NCBI GenBank assembly: GCA_043805315.1
Contig: JAZDID010000009.1
Location: 1 to 33,928 of the forward strand
DNA from: Nanobdellota archaeon
Lineage (GTDB): Archaea; Nanobdellota; Nanobdellia; Woesearchaeales; JAHJEM01
Direction of reading: 5' to 3'
DNA: 33,928 bases
This document shows positions 19,160 through 27,666 of the stretch, in pieces. The notes under the pieces are model-generated. The model made no database searches. It saw only the letters and a list, made by a program, of their open reading frames with translations, and was not told the origin of the DNA. Made by a program: the position numbers and the translations under genes. How positions within the stretch are numbered: position 1 is the first letter of the stretch; each line of letters starts with the position of its first letter.

Positions 19160-19660
19160 ATGGAAAAAAGAAAAACAATTCTTGTCATCATCCTCATCAT
19201 CTCCATCCTGCTGAACATCTACCTCTTTACCAAGGCAAACATGCTCTCTTACGAAAAAGGGAAATCGCAGCAGATCAACGAGCAAGTGCTTGCCCTCTTC
19301 AAAAGCATCAGCCAGCCCTGTTCTTCCCAGGCATTTGAACAGGACAAGATCCTCAATTGCCTGACGAACCTGAACAAGAAATTCGAGACGCCGCCAGTCG
19401 AGGAGAAGGACTTCAAGAACATGGACAGGAGGACAAACGAGTCCGGCTACCTCATCATCCTGAACAAGGGCATGAAAAGCCTGGAATCAGCAGGATTCAC
19501 CCTGTGGAAGAACCACGTGCAGGTCGATGCAGGCTGCGTAATCCCCGGCAACATCACCAGGCAGGAGACCTGCAAGCTCTTCTTTGACACCTACTGCGAA
19601 AAAGGGGATGTCCTGGACGTGCAGTACGCCGGCGAGACATTGTGGAAGAGAATATGCTGA
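19160..19660 (+). CDS. Hypothetical membrane-anchored/secreted protein
   Basis: N-terminal TM, Cys-containing soluble part; GGTGA RBS. Confidence 0.75.
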   Translation: MEKRKTILVIILIISILLNIYLFTKANMLSYEKGKSQQINEQVLALFKSISQPCSSQAFEQDKILNCLTNLNKKFETPPVEEKDFKNMDRRTNESGYLIILNKGMKSLESAGFTLWKNHVQVDAGCVIPGNITRQETCKLFFDTYCEKGDVLDVQYAGETLWKRIC

Positions 19661-19720
19661 GGGAAAGATTCAGGAAAAATCATATAGTCTCATACATGCA
19701 AATAAAAGTATATAAATGGA

Positions 19721-20866
19721 TTGCCATTCTCAAACCCTGTGAGCATAACAAGGAAACTCAGGACGTCAGGAAAAATCATAGCTGCCCTGACTGAAATCGG
19801 AATCGTTGCAGAATCTGAGAAATGGAATATCCGTTTTGATTTCTACAGGACATTCACGCCAGGTATTCCTCTGTTGCAATGGTTTTTCACCAAAGCATGC
19901 AACTATTCCTGCCAGTACTGCAATGTGGGCTCTGTAAAGACTAAAGACCTTGGCCAAGATGAACGGATTGAAGGATTGGATTTCCTCATAAAGAAATTCC
20001 ACCCGAAGATTCTCAGCATTTCCGGCGGTGAGCCGACGCTTTACCTTGATGATCTTGCAGCGTTCATAAATCACGGAAAAAGGCAGCACGTTTTTGTCGG
20101 CCTAAACACCAACGGCTCCAGACTCACTGAAACAAGCATTGACGCGCTCGCTGATGCAGGACTGGACTATATCAGCTTCTCGTATGATGCATTGCCTCCA
20201 AAGGATGACGAGCAGGTATTCGAGCTCGCACAGTACGCTGTCGGGTCTGGGATGATTTCTGCCATCCAGCCCGTTTTTTCGAAGAAAAACTGGGAAAGGA
20301 GAGGTACAATCATGGAAAAAGCAAGAATGCATGGCGCTCTGTTCAACCCGTCGATAGTCATGTCTTCAGGGTTGGCGTACTCGACTACGAATGAAGAGCA
20401 GCCACCGAAGGAGGAGGTACAGGCGTTCTTTGCAGAACTCCCACGAGGATATTTTTCAGGCGTGAAAAACTCAGAGAGGTATATACAGTACATGAAAAAC
20501 AACTTCGGAACACCCTGGACGTGTAGAAATTTTTCCTGGATAAGCGTGAGCCATGACGGGACACTCCGGCACTGCAATGAATATGTGAGCCAATTTACCA
20601 TCCACGACCTCGCTGACAAAAAAAAATGGAAACAATTCGAAAGATATCGACAGGAAACAAGTCAGCAGTGTTCTGGATGCTACTATCAGTGCTTTTTTGA
20701 TGCCGAAAAAGGAGGACTCTGGAGCATGCATTTCAAAGATTTCCTGAATATTGAAAGACTTGCAAGAATGAAACATTTTAGCAGGTCTCTTAAAAGAACA
20801 GAGCAGATCATATCAAAATATTTTCCTGAAAGCGAATCAATGGCAAAAGAAAAAAGTGTAGAGTAG
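19721..20866 (+). CDS. Radical SAM protein with SPASM/twitch-like C-terminus
   Basis: CNYSCQYC, SGGEP, NTNG, C...DG.LRHC, CSGCYYQC. Start uncertain (GTG 19739 possible). Confidence 0.9.
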   Translation: MPFSNPVSITRKLRTSGKIIAALTEIGIVAESEKWNIRFDFYRTFTPGIPLLQWFFTKACNYSCQYCNVGSVKTKDLGQDERIEGLDFLIKKFHPKILSISGGEPTLYLDDLAAFINHGKRQHVFVGLNTNGSRLTETSIDALADAGLDYISFSYDALPPKDDEQVFELAQYAVGSGMISAIQPVFSKKNWERRGTIMEKARMHGALFNPSIVMSSGLAYSTTNEEQPPKEEVQAFFAELPRGYFSGVKNSERYIQYMKNNFGTPWTCRNFSWISVSHDGTLRHCNEYVSQFTIHDLADKKKWKQFERYRQETSQQCSGCYYQCFFDAEKGGLWSMHFKDFLNIERLARMKHFSRSLKRTEQIISKYFPESESMAKEKSVE

Positions 20867-21351
20867 CTATAAGCCGCCTTCTGTCACTGTCCATTTCCTT
20901 CTGGCATGGGTACAGTGTCTTGACATTGGACTACGCGTCCTGAATGGACTTGCACAAGCCAGGGCTCGCCGTCTCACCCGTTCCGTTGCACAACTCGGCA
21001 GGTTATCTTACCGCTGTCACCAGCAGCTTCGCATGCCTCATTGTCTGTGCACATGCCGAGCAAGCCTTGTGCAGGCTGGGCTCAGGCTGATGTTCACTGT
21101 GCAATGGCGGTCTCGTTTCTTTTGCGGTTGCCATCCCTTTCGAAATCTCCCTTCCAGGAGTGGCTCTTTCCAACTGCCAACAGCGAACTGAGCCCAGCTG
21201 GCCGCGTTCACCATAGTGACCGTGACTATACTAGACTCTTGCCCGCTGCAAGCGGCTTTCGTGTGGGCGGACTTTCCTCAGCAGAACCAGAACAATCCCC
21301 GTCTCAGGGGAGTTGATCATATCCTACCGGCAGTCAAGCGCTACCCTACAC
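20856..21351 (-). ncRNA. rnpB: RNase P RNA
   Basis: GAGGAAAGTCCGCCC near the 5' end and ACAGAAGGCGGCTTAT near the 3' end; P1 GTGTAGGGTAGC/GCTACTCTACAC; TTTAAAAA box ~21373-21380; T-tract after the 3' end. Confidence 0.95.
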
Positions 21352-21586
21352 CTGAGGAGAAATGACGCCTGCTTTTTAAAGTTAGTGGAAAAGAAGTGGT
21401 CCCAAGAAAGGCCGAGTCAAGTTCATCGTGTTTTTCTGATCGTTATGTTCTTCCGATGCATATTGCCAGATGCTTTACCCTGGGTGGCGGTTGGGGGTGG
21501 GGGGTGGGCATGTTCACCAGCACATGCGAGTTGACTCAGCCTCCCAAAAACAAAGTTTATAAACTCTCCTTGTTTACTCTTTTCCC

Positions 21587-21754
21587 ATGGCAAGAAATGA
21601 CCGTATCACCATGCCGACATCAAGCGCAGGCATCACCCGGTATTTTGACGACTACAAGTCAAAGATCGAGTTCAAGCCTACGCACGTGATCGTCCTGGTC
21701 GTGGTGGTGATCATCATTGAGATCCTTCTGCATGCATTGAAGCTGTTCGGATAG
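21587..21754 (+). CDS. secG: Preprotein translocase subunit Sec61beta/SecG (not in ORF track)
   Basis: MARNDRITMPTSSAGITRYFDDYKSKIEFKPTHVIVLVVVVIIIEILLHALKLFG; AGxxRYF...I..P + TM signature; TTTATAAA 24 nt upstream. Confidence 0.88.
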   Translation: MARNDRITMPTSSAGITRYFDDYKSKIEFKPTHVIVLVVVVIIIEILLHALKLFG

Positions 21755-21767
21755 GTGGGTAGAGAAC

Positions 21768-22109
21768 ATGATGCCTGGAATGAATCCGCGGATGATGAAG
21801 CAGGCCATGAAACGGCTGGGAATCCAGCAGCAAGAGATTGACGCTTCTGTGGTAGTCATCACCTGCGCAGACAAGGAGATTATCATAAAGAACCCGCAGG
21901 TCTCAAAAGTGAACATGATGGGCCAGAACACCTACCAGATCGTCGGCGAGGAAGAAGTCAGAAATCTCGAGACTGCTCCTGAAATCTCTGACGAGGATAT
22001 CGAGACTGTCATGGAGCAGGCAGGATGCACGCGGGAAGAGGCAGAACACGCGGTCAAAGAGCACCAGGGAGACCTTGCAAAAGCGATCATGAGCCTGAAA
22101 GAAAAATAA
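21768..22109 (+). CDS. nac: Nascent polypeptide-associated complex protein
   Basis: MNPRMMKQAMKRLGI, NPQV, EDIETVMEQAG, GDLAKAIMSL. Confidence 0.96.
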   Translation: MMPGMNPRMMKQAMKRLGIQQQEIDASVVVITCADKEIIIKNPQVSKVNMMGQNTYQIVGEEEVRNLETAPEISDEDIETVMEQAGCTREEAEHAVKEHQGDLAKAIMSLKEK

Positions 22110-22120
22110 TCCAGGTGAAC

Positions 22121-22609
22121 ATGGAAACGTACCAGGAATACCGAGAAAAGGCCCTCAAGCACATCATGATTGCGGACCACATGCTTGTCATCACCTATCC
22201 TCTAGTGAATGACCCCAAGCTCCTGCTCACCATTCTCGAGAACATCTCTGAAAGCCTGCGCTGCAGCGTCAGGGCATTGCTGCACTACGAGCTCCTCTAC
22301 AAGAAGATCGACATCTTTCAGGAAACCCCTGAGGAAGAAATGAGGATATTCAAGGAAGAGAGCAGGGCATACGGGATCAGCAAGCACTACCTGGATGTCA
22401 TCGAACAGGTCAGGGGAATCCTCAAAGAGCATAAGGAAAGCCCGATGGAATTCGCGAGAAAGGAGACATTCGTGATCTGCGGCGAGAATTACACGCTGAA
22501 AACACTCTCAGAACAGCTCATCAAGACGTATATCACAAAAACAAAGGAGTTCAACCAGGTCATCTCCACAGCCATCAAGGAGATTGACCAGAGGATGAAG
22601 GCAGCATGA
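22121..22609 (+). CDS. Hypothetical helical protein (HEPN-like fold suspected)
   Basis: Start ATG 22121 with GGTGA RBS; resembles the next ORF. Confidence 0.75.
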   Translation: METYQEYREKALKHIMIADHMLVITYPLVNDPKLLLTILENISESLRCSVRALLHYELLYKKIDIFQETPEEEMRIFKEESRAYGISKHYLDVIEQVRGILKEHKESPMEFARKETFVICGENYTLKTLSEQLIKTYITKTKEFNQVISTAIKEIDQRMKAA

Positions 22610-23058
22610 GAGAATCACTGGATGATGCAAAGCTCGAAATGAAACGTGTTGAGCACCAGATCTATGTCAGCCTCAAATACACCAGGACAGTTGATGTCTT
22701 CCTGAACATCATCAGCAGGATGATCACTGCCTATGATTACATCCTCGACGCACTGCTCAAACAGGCTGTAGAGAAAAAGGCCATTACCGAAGCACCCACT
22801 GCGCCGAAAGAGAAGGGAGAGCTCATCAAGCAGCTCTTTGACGACGTGAAGATCCACGAGAATGTCGAGCTCTACTTCCTGCTCAGGAGCATCCTGAAAT
22901 CCAGCTATGCAAAGCAGAACGAATTTCGCAGGCATGTAACCATGATCGCCTACGTGAACGGCAAACAAGAGCTCATCAACATCGACATCATCACCCAATA
23001 CTACCATTTCCAGCGCGAGTTTCTCACCTATGTCGAGAACCTGCTCTTCAACCAGTAA
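22606..23058 (+). CDS. Hypothetical helical protein, apparent paralogue of the upstream gene
   Basis: ATGA overlap with the upstream gene; shared A..+...H...+/...ALL/EF.R pattern. Confidence 0.75.
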   Translation: MRESLDDAKLEMKRVEHQIYVSLKYTRTVDVFLNIISRMITAYDYILDALLKQAVEKKAITEAPTAPKEKGELIKQLFDDVKIHENVELYFLLRSILKSSYAKQNEFRRHVTMIAYVNGKQELINIDIITQYYHFQREFLTYVENLLFNQ

Positions 23059-23080
23059 GAAAATCATCTCCACCAGCACG

Positions 23081-24292
23081 ATGGCCAGCAAAGGAAAATC
23101 TCCTTCTCAGCACAAGGACGGCATGCATGGCATTATCCTAACAGAAAAAGGCCTGGAACACACCGCAGCAGCAGAACTCAAAGAATTGATCGGCGCAGAG
23201 GCAGAGGAAAGAGAGCAGGCAGTCCTCTTTCCTGTCCAAGATATCCGAGAATTCTGCACCCTCTGCTATCGTTCCCAATCTGCCAACAGGATCCTCTCTC
23301 ACCTTGCCACATTCAGTGCAGCAAAGGATCTTGCAGAGACCATGAAAAACCTCGGTGCAGCAGTGAAAAGAGTCGAGTACCTGCCCTGGCTGGAAAAGGG
23401 GATCACCTGGAGAGTCAGCTGCGAGCGGCATGGCGTGCATAACTACTCAAGCATCGATGTCGAAGCAAGCGCAGGAGAGATCATCAGCGCAGACATCAAG
23501 AAGAAAACAGGAAAAAAGCCGGCGATCGCCATGGAAGAGGCAAACCTCATATTCACCATCTCCATCATCAATGAGCAGGGGTTTCTCGGCATTGACCTCT
23601 GCGGAAAAGAGCTGGGCAAGAGAGAGTACAAGATATTCCTGCACCCCCAGGCAATCAAAGGCACACTCGCATACGCACTGCTCAGGACTGCAGGCTACAA
23701 GAAGAATGACCTGCTCTTGGACCCGTTCTGCGGCTCAGGCACAATCCCTATTGAAGCAGCACTCTGGAAGGCCGGAATTTCACCGCGCTATTATGCAAAA
23801 GAATTCCAGTTCATGAAGCTCAAGCCATTCAAGAATATCGATTTCAAAGCATGTTTTGAAAAGATGGACAAGAACATCATCCCAGAAGAGAAAAAGACCA
23901 TCTTCGGCTATGACAAAGAACTGCGGAACCTAAAGGCATCTGCAAAGAACGCGAAGATCGCAGGAGTCGAGAAATACATCGACTTCTCAAAGCTCGACAT
24001 CGAATGGCTGGACACGAAGTTCAAGAAAGAATCCATTCATAAAATCATCACACACCCCCCTCAGGAGACAAGAAACACGAACAGGAAGGAGCTTGAGAAG
24101 ACCTACCACGAACTCTTCCACCAGGCAGCATTCGTGCTCAAAAAAAACGGAACCATCACTGTCCTGATGCTGACGCCTGACCTCCTGATCAAGCACGCAA
24201 AAGCATATACATTCAGCGTGCGCAACCGGATGCAGGTGTTTTCAGGAAAGCAAGCACACCAGATCATTACTTTCCAAAAAGAGAACAGGTGA
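23081..24292 (+). CDS. THUMP-domain RNA m2G methyltransferase (Trm14/RlmL-like)
   Basis: GLE..AA.EL, L.KREY, LLDPFCGSGTIPIEAA, IITHPP. Confidence 0.88.
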   Translation: MASKGKSPSQHKDGMHGIILTEKGLEHTAAAELKELIGAEAEEREQAVLFPVQDIREFCTLCYRSQSANRILSHLATFSAAKDLAETMKNLGAAVKRVEYLPWLEKGITWRVSCERHGVHNYSSIDVEASAGEIISADIKKKTGKKPAIAMEEANLIFTISIINEQGFLGIDLCGKELGKREYKIFLHPQAIKGTLAYALLRTAGYKKNDLLLDPFCGSGTIPIEAALWKAGISPRYYAKEFQFMKLKPFKNIDFKACFEKMDKNIIPEEKKTIFGYDKELRNLKASAKNAKIAGVEKYIDFSKLDIEWLDTKFKKESIHKIITHPPQETRNTNRKELEKTYHELFHQAAFVLKKNGTITVLMLTPDLLIKHAKAYTFSVRNRMQVFSGKQAHQIITFQKENR

Positions 24293-24297
24293 TAACC

Positions 24298-24780
24298 ATG
24301 GCATGCGAGATGTGCGGCTCCCGTGAAATAGAGTACACATGCGAGATAGAAGGAGTCATCATGAAAGTCTGCAGCGAGTGCAGCAGGTTCGGCAAACAAT
24401 TGGCAAGAGTACAGACTGCCCGGGAAACAAAAACAGAGAAGAAAAAACAGGCAGCGAGCGAGAAACACGCGCGGGATGAGACTGAACAGAAAGGCGAGAT
24501 AGTCCAGATCATCGTGCCTGACTTTGCAAGCCGTATCAAGAAAGCGCGGGAAAAGACAGGAATGACGCAGGAGGAATTCGCCAAGAAGGTTGCAGAGAAG
24601 GAGTCTGTCATCCACAACCTCGAGTCAGGGCGCATGCGCCCAAGCATAGACCTTTGCCGGAAGCTCGAGAGAATCCTGCACATCACGCTGATCGCGCAGA
24701 TCGAGGAGAAAAAAGAAGGATTTGCCAGGGTACGAGGTGCAGAGCTCACGATAGGAGACGTGCTGGAGAAAAAGAAATAA
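24298..24780 (+). CDS. mbf1: Archaeal multiprotein bridging factor 1 (Zn ribbon + HTH)
   Basis: CEMCG...VCSEC.RFG, IKKAREK.GMTQEEFA, LTIGD. Confidence 0.93.
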   Translation: MACEMCGSREIEYTCEIEGVIMKVCSECSRFGKQLARVQTARETKTEKKKQAASEKHARDETEQKGEIVQIIVPDFASRIKKAREKTGMTQEEFAKKVAEKESVIHNLESGRMRPSIDLCRKLERILHITLIAQIEEKKEGFARVRGAELTIGDVLEKKK

Positions 24781-24803
24781 GAGCGTGTTGGATGTTGGTG
24801 TGT

Positions 24804-25523
24804 TCAAGGATTCTGGCAATCCAATATCGTATTGTTCGTGTATTGCTTGCAGAGCTCTTTCTGGAGCTTGTTCTTGTTGAACAGGCCTTCATAACGGACA
24901 CCTTCCACAACAATGGTCGGATAGCTTGTCACATTGTACCGCTCCTTGAGCAAGAGGATCATGGGCTCATCTTCCATCCTGCCGTCAAAGGAGAATATGA
25001 GGATGTTGTCCTTCAAGAGCTTCTTGAAATAGGTGAGGACGAACGCCTGCTCTTCACAGTCAGGGCACTCTTCCTTGCTTGAGAAGAAATACAGGACGCT
25101 GACAATATCCTTTTTGCAGAGCTCCTTGGTCTGCTTTGCCAGAAGAAAATACCTGATCTGGGCAAGGACATAATTCCTCCGCAGCACTTCAAAGTCCTGC
25201 TTGTACAAAAGAGAGTCCTGCTCATAGGTCTCCAGCTTGAGCCGGGCATCCTCAAGGCTGCGGACATTGCTCTCGAACGCCTTGCTCATGGCATCACAGT
25301 CCCTTTCCTGGATAAGCTGGTTCATATAAAGATACTGCACTTGCAGGGATTCATAATCCAAGCGCTGGAGCTGGCTTTTCTGCTCAATCACGTTCACGCG
25401 TTTGGACTCAATGACGATGCCCACAAGATTTCCAAGAATGAAAATAAGAAGGGTAATGAAGAATGCCGCGACATACCGCCTCTTCTTGTAGGGCCTGTTC
25501 TGTTTTTCAGCCATATGCATCAC
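24804..25523 (-). CDS. Membrane-anchored protein with C-terminal thioredoxin-like domain
   Basis: N-terminal TM, YFFS..ECPDC..Q..VL, YNVTSYPTIVV. Confidence 0.8.
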   Translation of the reverse strand: MMHMAEKQNRPYKKRRYVAAFFITLLIFILGNLVGIVIESKRVNVIEQKSQLQRLDYESLQVQYLYMNQLIQERDCDAMSKAFESNVRSLEDARLKLETYEQDSLLYKQDFEVLRRNYVLAQIRYFLLAKQTKELCKKDIVSVLYFFSSKEECPDCEEQAFVLTYFKKLLKDNILIFSFDGRMEDEPMILLLKERYNVTSYPTIVVEGVRYEGLFNKNKLQKELCKQYTNNTILDCQNP

Positions 25524-26767
25524 CAGCGCTGTTTCTTCCCAAATGCCAGATCTTTAATAACCAAAATCCAGGTGAATCCCAAGAGGAAGAAATAAAAGAA
25601 AATGAAGAAGATAAAAGATATCTTTCCGTATTTTGCAAGCTTTTCCTGCGCGTACTTATGAGAATAATATAAGGAAATGGAAGTCAAGAAGAACATGATA
25701 ATGAGCATGACAATATTCGCATAGCTGAAATCCAGAATGTCAATAGTCCAGCGCAAGTCTTTTAAAAAAGTGACAACATCGAAATTCACCTGGATAAGGT
25801 TCAGCACATTCTTCACATACGGCTTCAGGAGCTGGTAGGCAGTCGTGACAATGAGCATGGTCGCGATAATGCCTGAGATGATAAGGATCGGCAGTTGGAT
25901 AAGGCCGAAATCCCCATACTTCGTGTTGAAGAGCATCTCCCGATAACGGATGGCATTAAATAATCCTCCTTTGAACCAGCGTTTTCTTTGCTGGATGTAG
26001 CCATTCATGGTTTTCGGCGCAATAGTATAGACGATGCCATGCATGTTCTGGATTAGCTTGTACTGGTGCTTCTGGAGCCTGACAGCCAATTCCATGTCTT
26101 CAGTGAGATTATGCTCGTCAAACCCCCCAATTTCTCTGACCACTGCTGTCCGATAGATAGAGAAAGGTCCTGGAGCGACATGGATGCAGTCTAAGAACTG
26201 CATAAGCCTTTTGTAAAAAATATTGATTGTATACTCATAGAATTGGTATTTCTGCAGCCTGGATTCTGGATTCTTGACTTTCATCAACGCCATGACTGAT
26301 GCGACCTTCTTGTCCTTAAAGTCAGGAAGCATGAGCCTCAAGCTGTCCGGGTTCACTTCTGAATCAGCATCCAGGCACACAAAATACTCTCCTGTGGCAA
26401 GCTGCAAGGTCTTGTTCAGCGCAGCTCCTTTCCCGCCTTTCTTAAGCCTTAGATATTTTATCCTGTTCGTATGCAGATAACCTTTGACGACCTGCTCTGT
26501 CCGATCTGTCGAGCCGTCATTCACGACAATGATCTCAAGCTTCTCCTGCGGATAATCGAGAGCAAGCGCTGATTCTATGGTCTTTCCGATGGCCTTTTCC
26601 TCATTATGGGCAGGGATGACCAGGGTGACTGTGGGGAAATTCTTGGAGAGCTTCCTCGACTTGTTGACAATGTCGAATTCCAAGAGCACAAGAAGCCAGA
26701 AGACCACAAAGTACAAGGAAGTAAAGTAGATGATCCACTGCAATATGTCAAATGTGCTGATAATCAT
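25520..26767 (-). CDS. Processive family-2 glycosyltransferase (PgaC/IcaA/cellulose-synthase-like)
   Basis: IPAHNEE, VNDGSTD, GKGAALN, DAD, TED, QRKRW (QxxRW) motifs plus TM helices. Confidence 0.93.
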   Translation of the reverse strand: MIISTFDILQWIIYFTSLYFVVFWLLVLLEFDIVNKSRKLSKNFPTVTLVIPAHNEEKAIGKTIESALALDYPQEKLEIIVVNDGSTDRTEQVVKGYLHTNRIKYLRLKKGGKGAALNKTLQLATGEYFVCLDADSEVNPDSLRLMLPDFKDKKVASVMALMKVKNPESRLQKYQFYEYTINIFYKRLMQFLDCIHVAPGPFSIYRTAVVREIGGFDEHNLTEDMELAVRLQKHQYKLIQNMHGIVYTIAPKTMNGYIQQRKRWFKGGLFNAIRYREMLFNTKYGDFGLIQLPILIISGIIATMLIVTTAYQLLKPYVKNVLNLIQVNFDVVTFLKDLRWTIDILDFSYANIVMLIIMFFLTSISLYYSHKYAQEKLAKYGKISFIFFIFFYFFLLGFTWILVIKDLAFGKKQRW

Positions 26768-26940
26768 TTTTCGAATTGAACATTCTTGTCTCTATATTTA
26801 AATCTTACGGGAGAGTATGAGGAGAAAAATAAGTATTTGCCTGTTTTTTGTGAAAAATTATTCCGCAATGTCTTACATGCTGCAGTCTCAGAGATTTTTT
26901 GACCGAAACGATTATAAAAAACCAGTATGTACAGCCCTCA

Positions 26941-27633
26941 ATGAAGCGAGTGCAACTTGTTATAGTCATCATCGTCGGGATTTTCACGGTCATTCTTCTC
27001 ACAACAATTTCCTCTATTCTCACTCATGTGACCTTATGGGGAAGCGAGAAAGCCAAACAAGAAAAAAAGATCAGCCTCACCTTCGACGACGGCCCTTCCC
27101 CGGAATACACGCCGAGAATCCTGGACATATTGAAAGAAGAGAACGTCACTGCCACTTTTTTTCTCATTGGAAAGAATGCTGAGCAGCATCCAGAACTGGT
27201 CAGACGGATAGTTGCAGAAGGCCACAGCATAGGCGTGCATTCATACTCGCATCCATTGCTCGTATTCAGAACTCAGGCAAGGATGGAATTGGAGATCCGC
27301 CAGGCAAAACACGTCATTGAAAACCAGACAAACCAGAGCATACAGTACTTCAGGCCTCCCTACGGGATCATCGGCCCGCGAGCGCTCGCGTTCACCAAGA
27401 AAGAACACCTCGACATCATCGACTGGTCTCTTGATGCACAAGATTATAGGATTCCTGACAGTCAAAAAATCGCTGATCGGGTGGTTTCGAAAGCCAGGCC
27501 AGGAGACATCATCGTGCTGCATGATGCTGGCGGGAAGACGAGGAATGCCAGTGTTGAAGCACTTCCCCGGATCATCAAAGAATTGAGAGAAAAAGGATAC
27601 GCGTTCTCTTCCCTTGACATGCTTCTCACATAA
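26941..27633 (+). CDS. Polysaccharide deacetylase (CE4/NodB)
   Basis: LTFDDGP, HSYSH, FRPPYG, IIVLHD; N-terminal TM. Confidence 0.95.
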   Translation: MKRVQLVIVIIVGIFTVILLTTISSILTHVTLWGSEKAKQEKKISLTFDDGPSPEYTPRILDILKEENVTATFFLIGKNAEQHPELVRRIVAEGHSIGVHSYSHPLLVFRTQARMELEIRQAKHVIENQTNQSIQYFRPPYGIIGPRALAFTKKEHLDIIDWSLDAQDYRIPDSQKIADRVVSKARPGDIIVLHDAGGKTRNASVEALPRIIKELREKGYAFSSLDMLLT

Positions 27634-27666
27634 GAAACCGTGAAACCGTACTTATTCCTTCCTGTA

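Noticed and set aside
21409-21542. Bona fide Y RNA or SRP RNA
   Set aside because: Lacks the bulged-C GUCCGA Ro60 site and the SRP helix-8 motif. The nearby TTTATAAA is better spaced for secG.
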